Source: Candidatus Ozemobacteraceae bacterium | GTDB lineage: Bacteria; Muiribacteriota; Ozemobacteria; Ozemobacterales; Ozemobacteraceae | NCBI GenBank assembly: GCA_965140445.1 | Contig: OZ223236.1 | Location: 4,480,001-4,544,000 of the forward strand | Direction of reading: 5' to 3' | DNA length: 64,000 nt | In this document: piece by piece, positions 26,075 through 34,791 of the stretch | How the letters are laid out: the number at the start of each line of letters is the position of its first letter | Position numbering within the stretch: the first letter of the stretch is position 1 | The notes under the pieces: model-generated | What the model was told of the DNA's origin: nothing | What the model saw: only the letters and a program-made list of their open reading frames with translations | Database searches by the model: none | Position numbers and translations under genes: made by a program

Positions 26075-28003
26075 TTAGTTATTCTCAAAGCGAGATTGGA
26101 ACTCAGCCTTTTCAATAGTTAGACCAGAAGAGTCTCTATCCTCAGTTCCATCCATATAATCAAGATTAACTAATCTTGGGGTCACTAACATAATCATTTC
26201 AGAATCTTTCATAGTATAGTTGGTGTTTGAAACCAAACCTTTAAGCAACGGCACTTTGTTCAAAATAGAAGGACTTTTCTTTGTTCCAGAGTTCTGATGA
26301 TTAATCAGACCGCCAAGAACAACTGTTTCACCATTTTTTATTCGAACAAAGGTTTCAGTCTTTCTTTCTGTTTTATGAATCTGTCCATCCTCATTTACAT
26401 CCAGAACAGAATCAACCGTTGTTTTTAGTTCCATGCTGATTTCGTTATCCCTAGTTATGTGCGGTTCAACTTCAAGCCTAATGCCCACCTGCACATCTCT
26501 ATATTCCTTATATACCTGAGGAACATAACCAAGATACGTATTACTTGCATTTTCGTAACGGTAATATGGCACAGGAATAACTTCACCGATATTAATTGAG
26601 GCTTTTTTACCATGAACCGCACGAATCTTTGGAGAAGCAAGAACCTTAGCCTTCTTTTCCTGCTCAAGGAATTCTAATGTGGCAGGCAATGCATAGCTAC
26701 TAGGCAAGCGGCCTATATCAGCAACGTTTATCTGGTAATTATCGAGTTTTATTCCCATCTGACGGAGGCTTTCGCGGTTAATCTCAATAAGCTTAACCTC
26801 GATAACCGCTTGTTTCACTTTTTCATCAACATTCTCAATAATTCTCTGAATCAAATTTAGATTTTCTTCAGTGTCATAGACTGAAAGAGCGTTAATTCTT
26901 TCATTGATTGCAAAGTTGCTGGTATCAATTTTTTCTGAAAGCGATTTACTATCAGAAATCATTTTTGAAACCTCTTCAGGTTTTGCGTTAACAAGTTTAA
27001 AAGTTCTGTAATGTTTTTTTCCGAAATCCTTGGCTTTATCTTTAGCAAGGATTACAAAAGTATTATCGTTATGCGGCCTTTTTACGAGACCATTGGTTTC
27101 TATAAGCAAATCCAGGAGTTCATCAAGACTCAGATTTTCAACGTAGAAATTGACTTTTTTGTCTTCAACGCTTTCATGAATTATTAAATTCACATTCATC
27201 ATCTTAGAAAGCGTCTGCAAAGCATCTTTTAAGCTTAAATCCTTAAAGAGCAACTCCCTTGCAACCCTTCCAGAGTCCTGTCCAAGAGAAATAACCGTAA
27301 GATCTCGCCCTTTAACTGTATATTGAAAATTTCTCTGAAGAAGAAGATTTTTCAAAACCTCTCTCAGAGTCACATCTTGCGCATGAACGCTAAACTTGCC
27401 CTTAACTCCGGAATCAGCGAAGATTCTCAGATTAAATTTTACCGCAAGAGCGTTCAAAATTGTCATTAGGTCTTCTTGCTCGAAGTTAAGGCTGAGCGTC
27501 TTATCGAGTACAGTATCTGAACTGTTCTTAGTTGAAACAAAATTTTTATTATCAGGAACATTCATTCCTCCGGCAAATTGGTTATTATTTTTAGATTTAA
27601 GGGGCGCTCCACCTTCAAGAACAAGATTCTTGCCTATTCTTCTTGGGGTGTATCTGGAAGGTTCATTGAAAACGATGACTGCTCTCACGACATCTGGCTG
27701 ACGGCTAACCTGACTTACGCGAAGAAACTTGACCTGCGGATGGGGGCCTGGAATTATCTTTTGAGCTCCATTGATTTTCCAATCATAAAAATCGATTGAA
27801 ACAATTTCCGGACTTTGATAATCCACTTTAAACTCACGAACAGCATGAGACGGAAAGACAACTATTCCTGTTCTGCCATAAGTTCCCAAAGTCAACTCTG
27901 TTAGAATTTCTGCATTTAAGCTAGTGTTAGATAGAATAAGCAGGCAAAGCAAACCTAATATAAGCTTAACTTTTACTGCCCTAATTGCCGTCAGGGTTTT
28001 CAT
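26075..28003 (-). CDS. pilQ: Outer-membrane secretin (PilQ/GspD family) with AMIN-like N-terminus
   Basis: Signal peptide, AMIN-like VSQVSRQPDVVRAVIVF, N-domains, KVLASPKI, GETVVLGGLI, MIMLVTPRLV. Confidence 0.85.
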   Translation of the reverse strand: MKTLTAIRAVKVKLILGLLCLLILSNTSLNAEILTELTLGTYGRTGIVVFPSHAVREFKVDYQSPEIVSIDFYDWKINGAQKIIPGPHPQVKFLRVSQVSRQPDVVRAVIVFNEPSRYTPRRIGKNLVLEGGAPLKSKNNNQFAGGMNVPDNKNFVSTKNSSDTVLDKTLSLNFEQEDLMTILNALAVKFNLRIFADSGVKGKFSVHAQDVTLREVLKNLLLQRNFQYTVKGRDLTVISLGQDSGRVARELLFKDLSLKDALQTLSKMMNVNLIIHESVEDKKVNFYVENLSLDELLDLLIETNGLVKRPHNDNTFVILAKDKAKDFGKKHYRTFKLVNAKPEEVSKMISDSKSLSEKIDTSNFAINERINALSVYDTEENLNLIQRIIENVDEKVKQAVIEVKLIEINRESLRQMGIKLDNYQINVADIGRLPSSYALPATLEFLEQEKKAKVLASPKIRAVHGKKASINIGEVIPVPYYRYENASNTYLGYVPQVYKEYRDVQVGIRLEVEPHITRDNEISMELKTTVDSVLDVNEDGQIHKTERKTETFVRIKNGETVVLGGLINHQNSGTKKSPSILNKVPLLKGLVSNTNYTMKDSEMIMLVTPRLVNLDYMDGTEDRDSSGLTIEKAEFQSRFENN

Positions 28004-28058
28004 AAAACGCTCCTTAAAAAAGGCGATACTTTAATTTGAGAAAGAATATCCCAAATAC

Positions 28059-28085
28059 CTATCGGCAAATCTTAAGGAAAGCTTA
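28059..28085 (-). promoter_or_regulatory. Putative sigma28 (FliA/SigD) promoter before the secretin
   Basis: TAAG-15 nt-GCCGATAG versus consensus TAAA-N15-GCCGATAA. Confidence 0.65.
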
Positions 28086-28102
28086 AAGTTTTTTTTGAAT
28101 AT

Positions 28103-29254
28103 TTAACGGCCTCCGCCGCCGCCACCAGATACAACCTTTGCCATTCTAAAAATTGGAAGATACATAGCAAGCACAATCACGCCGACTATAGTTCCAAGAA
28201 CAACAATAAATGCAGGCTCAACAAGAGCTGTTAACTGATCGATTATGAAATTGATTTCATCTTCGTAAAATTCAGCAACTTTTTCCAGCATTTCATCAAG
28301 GTTACCTGATTCTTCACCAACCTCAATCATCTGAGTTGAGAGCTCCGGCATAACATTTACCCTGGCTAACGCCCTGGCAATAGGCAGCCCGCCTTCAACA
28401 TCCTTAACAACAATGTCTAGAGATTCTGCGAGAATAACATTTTCCACAGATTCATTACTAATTTTCATGGCTGAAATAATATTCACGCCAGATTGAAACA
28501 GCGTCGCAAGATTTCTTGCATACAAAGCAATCAAGTATTTTTGAATCAATCCGCCAAACATAGGTGTCTTTAGTTTTATCCAGTCAAAAACACGACGTCC
28601 ACCGGCGCTATTATTTGCCTGATACAAACCAATTCCAGTGAGAATTGCACCAGCTATCAGATTCAAAGTATTTCTACCAATAAAATTACTAATATCAATT
28701 ACAGTCTGGGTTAACCACGGAAGCTCCTGCCCAAACTGTTCAAAAAGAGCAGCAAATTGTGGAATAACAACGAGCATCAAGAATAAAACAACTGCACCAG
28801 CAACCAAACAGATTATGAATGGATAGGTTAATGCTCCATATACTTTTCTTCGAATGGTAATCTGTCTTTCGAGAAGCTTGCTGAGACGATCCAAAACCAT
28901 AAAAAGGCGACCAGATTCTTCGCCAACACGAATTAGATTGGCATAAAGCATGCCGAAAATATCTTCGTTCTTTTTGAAACAAACGTGCATGGGCATCCCG
29001 CCCTCAACTTCTTCCTTCATATCCCAGATCATCTTTTTAAAGCGCCAGGTCTTCATTTGCCTGGAAAGAGTTCCGAGAGATCTTAAAACAGAAATACCAG
29101 CACGGGTCAAAGTGGCAAAATATTTGGTAAAAAGCAAACGTTCGCCTAAAGCGACATGATTATAAAAAGGGTTTATATAAGAAAGAATCGATCGATTTTC
29201 TTCTCCTGGACCTTCTGGTCTAACATCTTCATTTCTGCCAGTATCTTCAGCCAT
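28103..29254 (-). CDS. pilC: Type IV pilus/T2SS inner-membrane platform protein (PilC/GspF)
   Basis: Two VGEESG repeats, GALTYP, AMYLPIF; GGGAGG RBS at ATG 29254. Confidence 0.9.
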   Translation of the reverse strand: MAEDTGRNEDVRPEGPGEENRSILSYINPFYNHVALGERLLFTKYFATLTRAGISVLRSLGTLSRQMKTWRFKKMIWDMKEEVEGGMPMHVCFKKNEDIFGMLYANLIRVGEESGRLFMVLDRLSKLLERQITIRRKVYGALTYPFIICLVAGAVVLFLMLVVIPQFAALFEQFGQELPWLTQTVIDISNFIGRNTLNLIAGAILTGIGLYQANNSAGGRRVFDWIKLKTPMFGGLIQKYLIALYARNLATLFQSGVNIISAMKISNESVENVILAESLDIVVKDVEGGLPIARALARVNVMPELSTQMIEVGEESGNLDEMLEKVAEFYEDEINFIIDQLTALVEPAFIVVLGTIVGVIVLAMYLPIFRMAKVVSGGGGGGR

Positions 29255-29265
29255 CGTCGACCTCC

Positions 29266-29694
29266 CTACCAATCCATCAGCTTTCCGTCATAGAATATCT
29301 TAACATTTTTTATCTGACCTGTATTACTTCCGTCAAATAAATACTGAATTGTTTGAGTTTCGGTTGCTTGCGAAGCTTCTGCCGAAGTATTTACAGTAGG
29401 CACTTCGACATAAACTTTTGCATCCCCACCTAAAGGAAATATCAGTAACTCCTGAATACTTTTTTGAAGATATCTTCCGGTTAGGGATTCAAGCTCTACA
29501 GGATACCTAAAATTATCCTTAAAATTTCTGGATAGTGCTTCACGAACGATTCTAACATTGTATTTAGCGACCGCTTCTCGCGAATCCTGCAAAGAGTCCA
29601 TATAATAACTATAGCCGGCCCCTGCGAGGACGGCTATAATAGCTGTAACAACAATTAACTCGATCAGAGTAAATCCTGACCTTTTTCTATTCAT
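29266..29694 (-). CDS. Short single-domain prepilin/pseudopilin
   Basis: KRSG|FTLIEL; YPVELESLTGRYL. Confidence 0.85.
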   Translation of the reverse strand: MNRKRSGFTLIELIVVTAIIAVLAGAGYSYYMDSLQDSREAVAKYNVRIVREALSRNFKDNFRYPVELESLTGRYLQKSIQELLIFPLGGDAKVYVEVPTVNTSAEASQATETQTIQYLFDGSNTGQIKNVKIFYDGKLMDW

Positions 29695-30562
29695 TTCTCA
29701 CCATTAATATCAATTGATTTTGCGGACCTTTAAAATCCACCACCAATCGGTGATCTCTGTAACCTTTTTTGCGAAGAAAAACTTCACCGAATTCCCTTTG
29801 AATCTTTTTAATCTTGAAGCTTCCTTTAGAATTGGTGCTTATTTTCATATTGTCCAGGACAACTTCAACATCTTCAAGGGGCTTTCTAGTTATTGCATCT
29901 ATAACGTGAAATGAAACCTCTGGAGAAAGCTTTATTCTATCAAGCTTTATTTTCCCAGGTTCAGCTCTGTCTACAAAGTTTTCTAATGACCCAGAGAGAA
30001 TTTTGTAACCATCTGCAATTAAAACAATATCGCCAGCTCCAGTATGAGCGACGATCTGTCCAAGTCTATTGCTTTGATAAATATGATTATCAAGAAGCAT
30101 AGCAACTCCATTCAGGCCTCTGCCTGTTTCCCGATCAACCACTTCAAATCTCTTCTGCTGCGCGGCAGTGCGAGTATCTGTGTAACCCTGAGCCGAGGAA
30201 ACTCTTGAATCGCTCTGCATTAGAGATCTTCCTTCGATATAGCTTGTGTTTTTTGCTCTCTTTACAGCTTTTTTACTCTTGGTAATCTGAACCAGTGGAT
30301 CTCTGAGATAACCATCTTCAAGCAGCCCAGAAAGAACCTTAGCAGCCTGATGAGGCGTCATGCCAGCAACGCCAACTGAGCCAAGCAATGGAAAAGAAAT
30401 ACTTCCATCGTCTCCGACGACTCGTTCAACAGTGAGATCAGATTCGCCTTTTACCCAGACCTTAATCTCATCTCCCGCTTTGATAACTGAAGACCCCGCT
30501 GATAATGTTAAAGTAATCAGCATCCCCAGAATCAAAAAGATTGTAACTTTAGCTTTATTCAT
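29687..30562 (-). CDS. Poly_export (Wza N-terminal) domain fused to carboxypeptidase-regulatory-like beta domains
   Basis: IKAGDEIKVWV...VGDDGSISFPLLGSVGVAGMT...GYLRDPLV; C-terminal VIDAITRKPLEDVEV...STNSKGSF. Confidence 0.75.
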   Translation of the reverse strand: MNKAKVTIFLILGMLITLTLSAGSSVIKAGDEIKVWVKGESDLTVERVVGDDGSISFPLLGSVGVAGMTPHQAAKVLSGLLEDGYLRDPLVQITKSKKAVKRAKNTSYIEGRSLMQSDSRVSSAQGYTDTRTAAQQKRFEVVDRETGRGLNGVAMLLDNHIYQSNRLGQIVAHTGAGDIVLIADGYKILSGSLENFVDRAEPGKIKLDRIKLSPEVSFHVIDAITRKPLEDVEVVLDNMKISTNSKGSFKIKKIQREFGEVFLRKKGYRDHRLVVDFKGPQNQLILMVRNE

Positions 30563-30594
30563 AAATTCCCATAAAATTGTTTTTGCTTCTCAGG

Positions 30595-30622
30595 CTATCG
30601 ACTTCTTGTTTAAGAAACCTTA
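30595..30622 (-). promoter_or_regulatory. Putative sigma28 promoter at the head of the pilus locus
   Basis: TAAG-16 nt-GTCGATAG. Confidence 0.55.
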
Positions 30623-30646
30623 GCTTTTATTATTTATTTTTTTTTA

Positions 30647-32104
30647 TTAATGTCTTTTTCTTACCGAGCTACTTGGAATATTAGATTCAGTCCTGTATTT
30701 AGCGACCGTTCTTCTCGCAATAAAAATACCTTCATCCTTGAGAATGTCAACAAGATGGCTATCAGACAGAGGTTTTTTGGGATCCTCAAGTTTAATCAGA
30801 TCTTCAATTCTCTTTTTAACCGCCAAAGTAGAGACATCTTCTCCGCCTTGTGTTCTTGCTGCACCAGAAAAGAAAAACTTAAGCTCGAGCAATCCTCGCG
30901 GAGTTTGAGCATATTTTCCACTTGTTGCACGACTCACCGTAGACTCGTGCACTCCCGCCATTCCAGCGACATCCTGCAAAGTAAGTGGTTTTAAATGTAA
31001 TATACCAAAATCAAGAAAATCCTTCTGAACTTCGCAAATAGCCTTGGTAACATTTAGAATAGTTTCTTTGCGCTTATCTATATACTTCAGGAATGACCGT
31101 GCTGATTCAAGCTTGTTTCTAATAAAATCGTATGTATCCTTCTCGGTTTTATCCTTGTGTTTGATCGCTTCCTTATAAAGATTATTTATCCGCAACCTTG
31201 GCAAATCACGCTCATTTAAACTTGCAATATATTCTTCACCTATTTTTTCAATAAAAACATCGGGTGAAACATAAATATCATCGCCAGTTGAAGGAAAGCT
31301 TGCCCCTGGTTTGGGATTAAAGCCTTTTATTATCTCAATGGCTTCCTGAACTTCTTCAGCATCCATTTCAATAGTCTTTGCTATTTGAACGATTTTATTT
31401 CCTGCTATGTCCTCCAGATGATTCTCAATGATGATAGTGACAGCATCATTAGAATATCCTTCATCGTAAGCCTGAATCAAAAGACATTCTTTTAGGTCAT
31501 AGGCACCAACCCCTATTGGGTCCATGGTTTTTAAAGCTTTAACAACTTTTTTAACGACCTTTTCTTCGATGTGCAACAAAGAAGCTATCTGTTCAGGAGT
31601 GTGCCTCAGATATCCGTTTCTATCAACAAGGCCGATCAAATACTCGCCGATTTTCTTTTCTGTGGGAGAAAGAGCAACTTCGTGTAATTGCGTGGTCAAA
31701 TGCTCGCGAAGATTATTCTTTTTGGAAACAAAGTTTTCAAAAGTAGTTTCTTCATCTTTTGAATAACTTCCAGAAGATATTTTGAATTCAGAATTCTCGC
31801 TATCTTCAATATATTTTTGCCAATCAATTCCAAAGTCATCTCGACCCTGCTCTTTAAATTCTTTTGAAGCAGGAACTGGGGCGATAACAGAACCTTCTGA
31901 AAGCTTTTCCAGAGGAAGTTCATTTTCTTTTTTGCGCTTTTCATCCAATTCAACAACAGGATTCGTTTCGAGAACTTCCAAAATCTGGTTTTTCAATTCG
32001 ATGCTATTTAGCTGCAAGATTTTAATTGCAAGCTGCATCTCGGGGGTCATTTTGAGGGTCTGCGCAAGTTTCTGAGAAAGCCCCAGTCTTATTGAACCAT
32101 CCAT
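30647..32104 (-). CDS. rpoN: RNA polymerase sigma-54 factor
   Basis: Q/L-rich region I, HESTVSRA, RpoN box ARRTVAKYR. Confidence 0.97.
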   Translation of the reverse strand: MDGSIRLGLSQKLAQTLKMTPEMQLAIKILQLNSIELKNQILEVLETNPVVELDEKRKKENELPLEKLSEGSVIAPVPASKEFKEQGRDDFGIDWQKYIEDSENSEFKISSGSYSKDEETTFENFVSKKNNLREHLTTQLHEVALSPTEKKIGEYLIGLVDRNGYLRHTPEQIASLLHIEEKVVKKVVKALKTMDPIGVGAYDLKECLLIQAYDEGYSNDAVTIIIENHLEDIAGNKIVQIAKTIEMDAEEVQEAIEIIKGFNPKPGASFPSTGDDIYVSPDVFIEKIGEEYIASLNERDLPRLRINNLYKEAIKHKDKTEKDTYDFIRNKLESARSFLKYIDKRKETILNVTKAICEVQKDFLDFGILHLKPLTLQDVAGMAGVHESTVSRATSGKYAQTPRGLLELKFFFSGAARTQGGEDVSTLAVKKRIEDLIKLEDPKKPLSDSHLVDILKDEGIFIARRTVAKYRTESNIPSSSVRKRH

Positions 32105-32195
32105 ATTTGGACACCTTTGCCTGTCTTATTTGTTAACGTTTTAATAGGGATGTCTCCCAATTGCTCTGTAGTATTGTTCTCTTTATGTAGTTACT

Positions 32196-32224
32196 AATAT
32201 AACCTGAAATTCAAAATGAGTCAA
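32196..32224 (-). promoter_or_regulatory. Sigma70 promoter for rpoN
   Basis: TTGACT-17 nt-TATATT. Confidence 0.65.
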
Positions 32225-32235
32225 AAAAACTGGTA

Positions 32236-34713
32236 TTACTTTTGCTTGAATCCCTTTTTTCTATATGGTTTTTTGGGAATTCTAAGTTCATCAGGCTTCT
32301 CTTCATCAGCCTCACTCTTAAATACAACCACGGTAACACCCATATCTCCCTCACCATATTTTCCTGGTCTGAATTTTTTTCTATAGGGTCCACTCCTAAG
32401 AAATTCATTAATTCCGCGCTGTAGTGCTCCGGTTCCTTTCCCATGGATCAAATATACTTTTCCCAGACCATTAGATTCAGCAACCTTCAAATAGGTTTCA
32501 GCTCTTTCAATAGCCTCTTCCAGGCGCAAACCTCGCAGATCAATTTCATCGCGAACAAATTGACTTGGTGCATAAACCGATCCCGTTCGCTCCTTCTTTT
32601 CCTTTTTGGAGTTTTTATGTGGAGCAGGAGACAACTCGCTTAAAGGCACCAGAAAGGACTTTCCATCAAAATCTAATTCGACTTTTTTGCGTCCGGAATC
32701 TATTCGCGTGATTTTTCCTTTCTGCATTATCTTTGCCCACAAGACCATTTCTCCAATATTCAAAGTTGAAATATCTTCTATGGGTTCGCCAGGTGAATAT
32801 TCATTATCAGGAATATCCCGAAGTTCAGTAAGGGTATTTCTCACATCCTGATGTGCCTTGCGAGCCAATTGTAATTCACTTTCTTTTGCTTCATTTTTCT
32901 GGGTCTGCAAATCTTGAGCTTGAGATTTCTTTAATCCGCTTATCAGACTTTCAAATTCCTTCAGCTTGGCCTTAAGTTTTCCGGCGTATTCTTCGGTGAG
33001 CTTATCTCTTTTTTTCCGGCGAAATTCTTGAAGTTGTGCCATTGTTGATTCAATTTCAGCCTCTTTTTGCCTCATAGAAGCAATTTTTTGAACATAGGTT
33101 CTTCTCAAAGCTTCTGCTCGATTTCTTTCTCTTTCAATAGCTTCTAACAAAGCGGCTTCATCTTTTGAACCAGCTTTATCAAGATCATCCAACTCCTTCA
33201 GAATGGCTTCTGGCAGCTCAAAACTTCGGGCAATTGCCAGCGCATTACTTTTTCCGGGAATACCCATTTGAAATCTGAAAGTAGGTTTAAAGGTTTCATA
33301 ATCGAATTCCATTGCAGCATTAGAAAAACCTTCTGAAACAAAAGCCATATGCTTTAGTGAATCATAGTGAGATGTTACGAGCGAGAAAGATCCTCGGCGA
33401 TGGATTTCTTTTAAAAAACCTGTAGCCAACGCACTACCCTCTGCCGGGTCTGTTCCAACACAAATTTCATCTATTAGGATCAAGGAGCGATTATCGCAAA
33501 GCTCTAACAGTTCCTTCAAGCGCTTAAGATGAGCGGTAAAGGTTGAAAGATGGTCTTCAATGCTCTGACTTTCACCTATATCTGAGAGTATTTCATTAAA
33601 TACCGGCATCTTTGAATTACATGAAGCCAGAATATAGTTTCCAGTTTGCAGCAGCAAAGCATTCAACCCAAGACTTTTCAAGGCAACCGTTTTACCACCA
33701 CCATTAGGCCCGGTTATGATAATACAACCAATCTTTTTGCCCATTTCTATATCTAATGGAATACAGTTGGGATGAATCAATGGATGCCTGGCAGATTTCA
33801 GCTCCAACTCCATCTTGTCGCAAATTTCAGGTCTGCTACAGTCATATTCACGAGCAAATCTGGCTTTAGCATTTAAAACATCCATATGAACAAGTGTTTC
33901 AAATATCTCCTGCAAAGTTCTACTAGATGCAGCCAGCATTCCGGTTAACCCAATGAGAATTCTTTTTACTTCTTCACGTTCTGAGAGTTTTAGCTGAGCC
34001 AATCTGTTGTTTAGTGGTAAAAAAGCAATTGGCTCCATAAACACCGTCTGCCCTGTTGCAGACTGGTCATGAATGATCCCCTGAACCTGACTCTGATTTG
34101 AAGCTGAAATTGGAATTACATACCTGTCATTTCTTAATGTAAAAAACCTGTCTTGAGTTAAATCTGAGTGATCACTCAAAAACATGTTCAGCCTTTTCTC
34201 AATTTCATTTTTGGTCGAAACCAGGTCTCTCTTTATTGATGCAAGAGCAGGGCTGGCATCAGGCCTAAGCTCACCTTTTTCATCAAAACAGCTGTCCAGA
34301 CGTTTATAAATAGTAGAAAGAGAAGGCATAGACCTCACCCTGTCTGCAACGACAGAAAATTTTGTTTTTACAGTATCTGGGTCTCTGGATTCAAATCTTT
34401 CTTTAAGTTGATTTGCTACTTCAAGATTTGCTTTAACTTTAAGAAAATCCTCACTACCTAATACAGTGTTACCCATATTTATCAATTCTAGGATCTCTCT
34501 GAGGTCTCTTATTCCACCCACAGAAAATTTGAAACCACACTCATAATAAGAGATCAATTCTTCAAGCTCATTTAACTCAAATGTAACCTGCTTAATGCTT
34601 GAACTTGGCTTTAAGGTCAAAATTGATTCTTTTGCAGCGTTAGAGCCCGCAAAAACTGCAATTTTCTTTAATACTTTATCGAATTCTAGATTTTCAATTG
34701 ATTTTGTTTCCAT
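32236..34713 (-). CDS. mutS2: MutS2 (ATPase with Smr domain)
   Basis: LEFDKV, ITGPNGGGKT, DIGESQSIEDHLSTF, Smr IDLRG...IHGKGTG. Confidence 0.95.
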   Translation of the reverse strand: METKSIENLEFDKVLKKIAVFAGSNAAKESILTLKPSSSIKQVTFELNELEELISYYECGFKFSVGGIRDLREILELINMGNTVLGSEDFLKVKANLEVANQLKERFESRDPDTVKTKFSVVADRVRSMPSLSTIYKRLDSCFDEKGELRPDASPALASIKRDLVSTKNEIEKRLNMFLSDHSDLTQDRFFTLRNDRYVIPISASNQSQVQGIIHDQSATGQTVFMEPIAFLPLNNRLAQLKLSEREEVKRILIGLTGMLAASSRTLQEIFETLVHMDVLNAKARFAREYDCSRPEICDKMELELKSARHPLIHPNCIPLDIEMGKKIGCIIITGPNGGGKTVALKSLGLNALLLQTGNYILASCNSKMPVFNEILSDIGESQSIEDHLSTFTAHLKRLKELLELCDNRSLILIDEICVGTDPAEGSALATGFLKEIHRRGSFSLVTSHYDSLKHMAFVSEGFSNAAMEFDYETFKPTFRFQMGIPGKSNALAIARSFELPEAILKELDDLDKAGSKDEAALLEAIERERNRAEALRRTYVQKIASMRQKEAEIESTMAQLQEFRRKKRDKLTEEYAGKLKAKLKEFESLISGLKKSQAQDLQTQKNEAKESELQLARKAHQDVRNTLTELRDIPDNEYSPGEPIEDISTLNIGEMVLWAKIMQKGKITRIDSGRKKVELDFDGKSFLVPLSELSPAPHKNSKKEKKERTGSVYAPSQFVRDEIDLRGLRLEEAIERAETYLKVAESNGLGKVYLIHGKGTGALQRGINEFLRSGPYRKKFRPGKYGEGDMGVTVVVFKSEADEEKPDELRIPKKPYRKKGFKQK

Positions 34714-34724
34714 ACCTTTATCCT

Positions 34725-34765
34725 AAAACAAGTTTCACTACGCTACTAACTTAGCGCAGTGAAAC
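34725..34765 (-). terminator. Hairpin terminator after glmS
   Basis: Minus strand GTTTCACTGCGCTA-N6-TAGCGTAGTGAAAC then TTGTTTT. Confidence 0.7.
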
Positions 34766-34791
34766 AAATAACCGATTTTATTTTTTACGAA

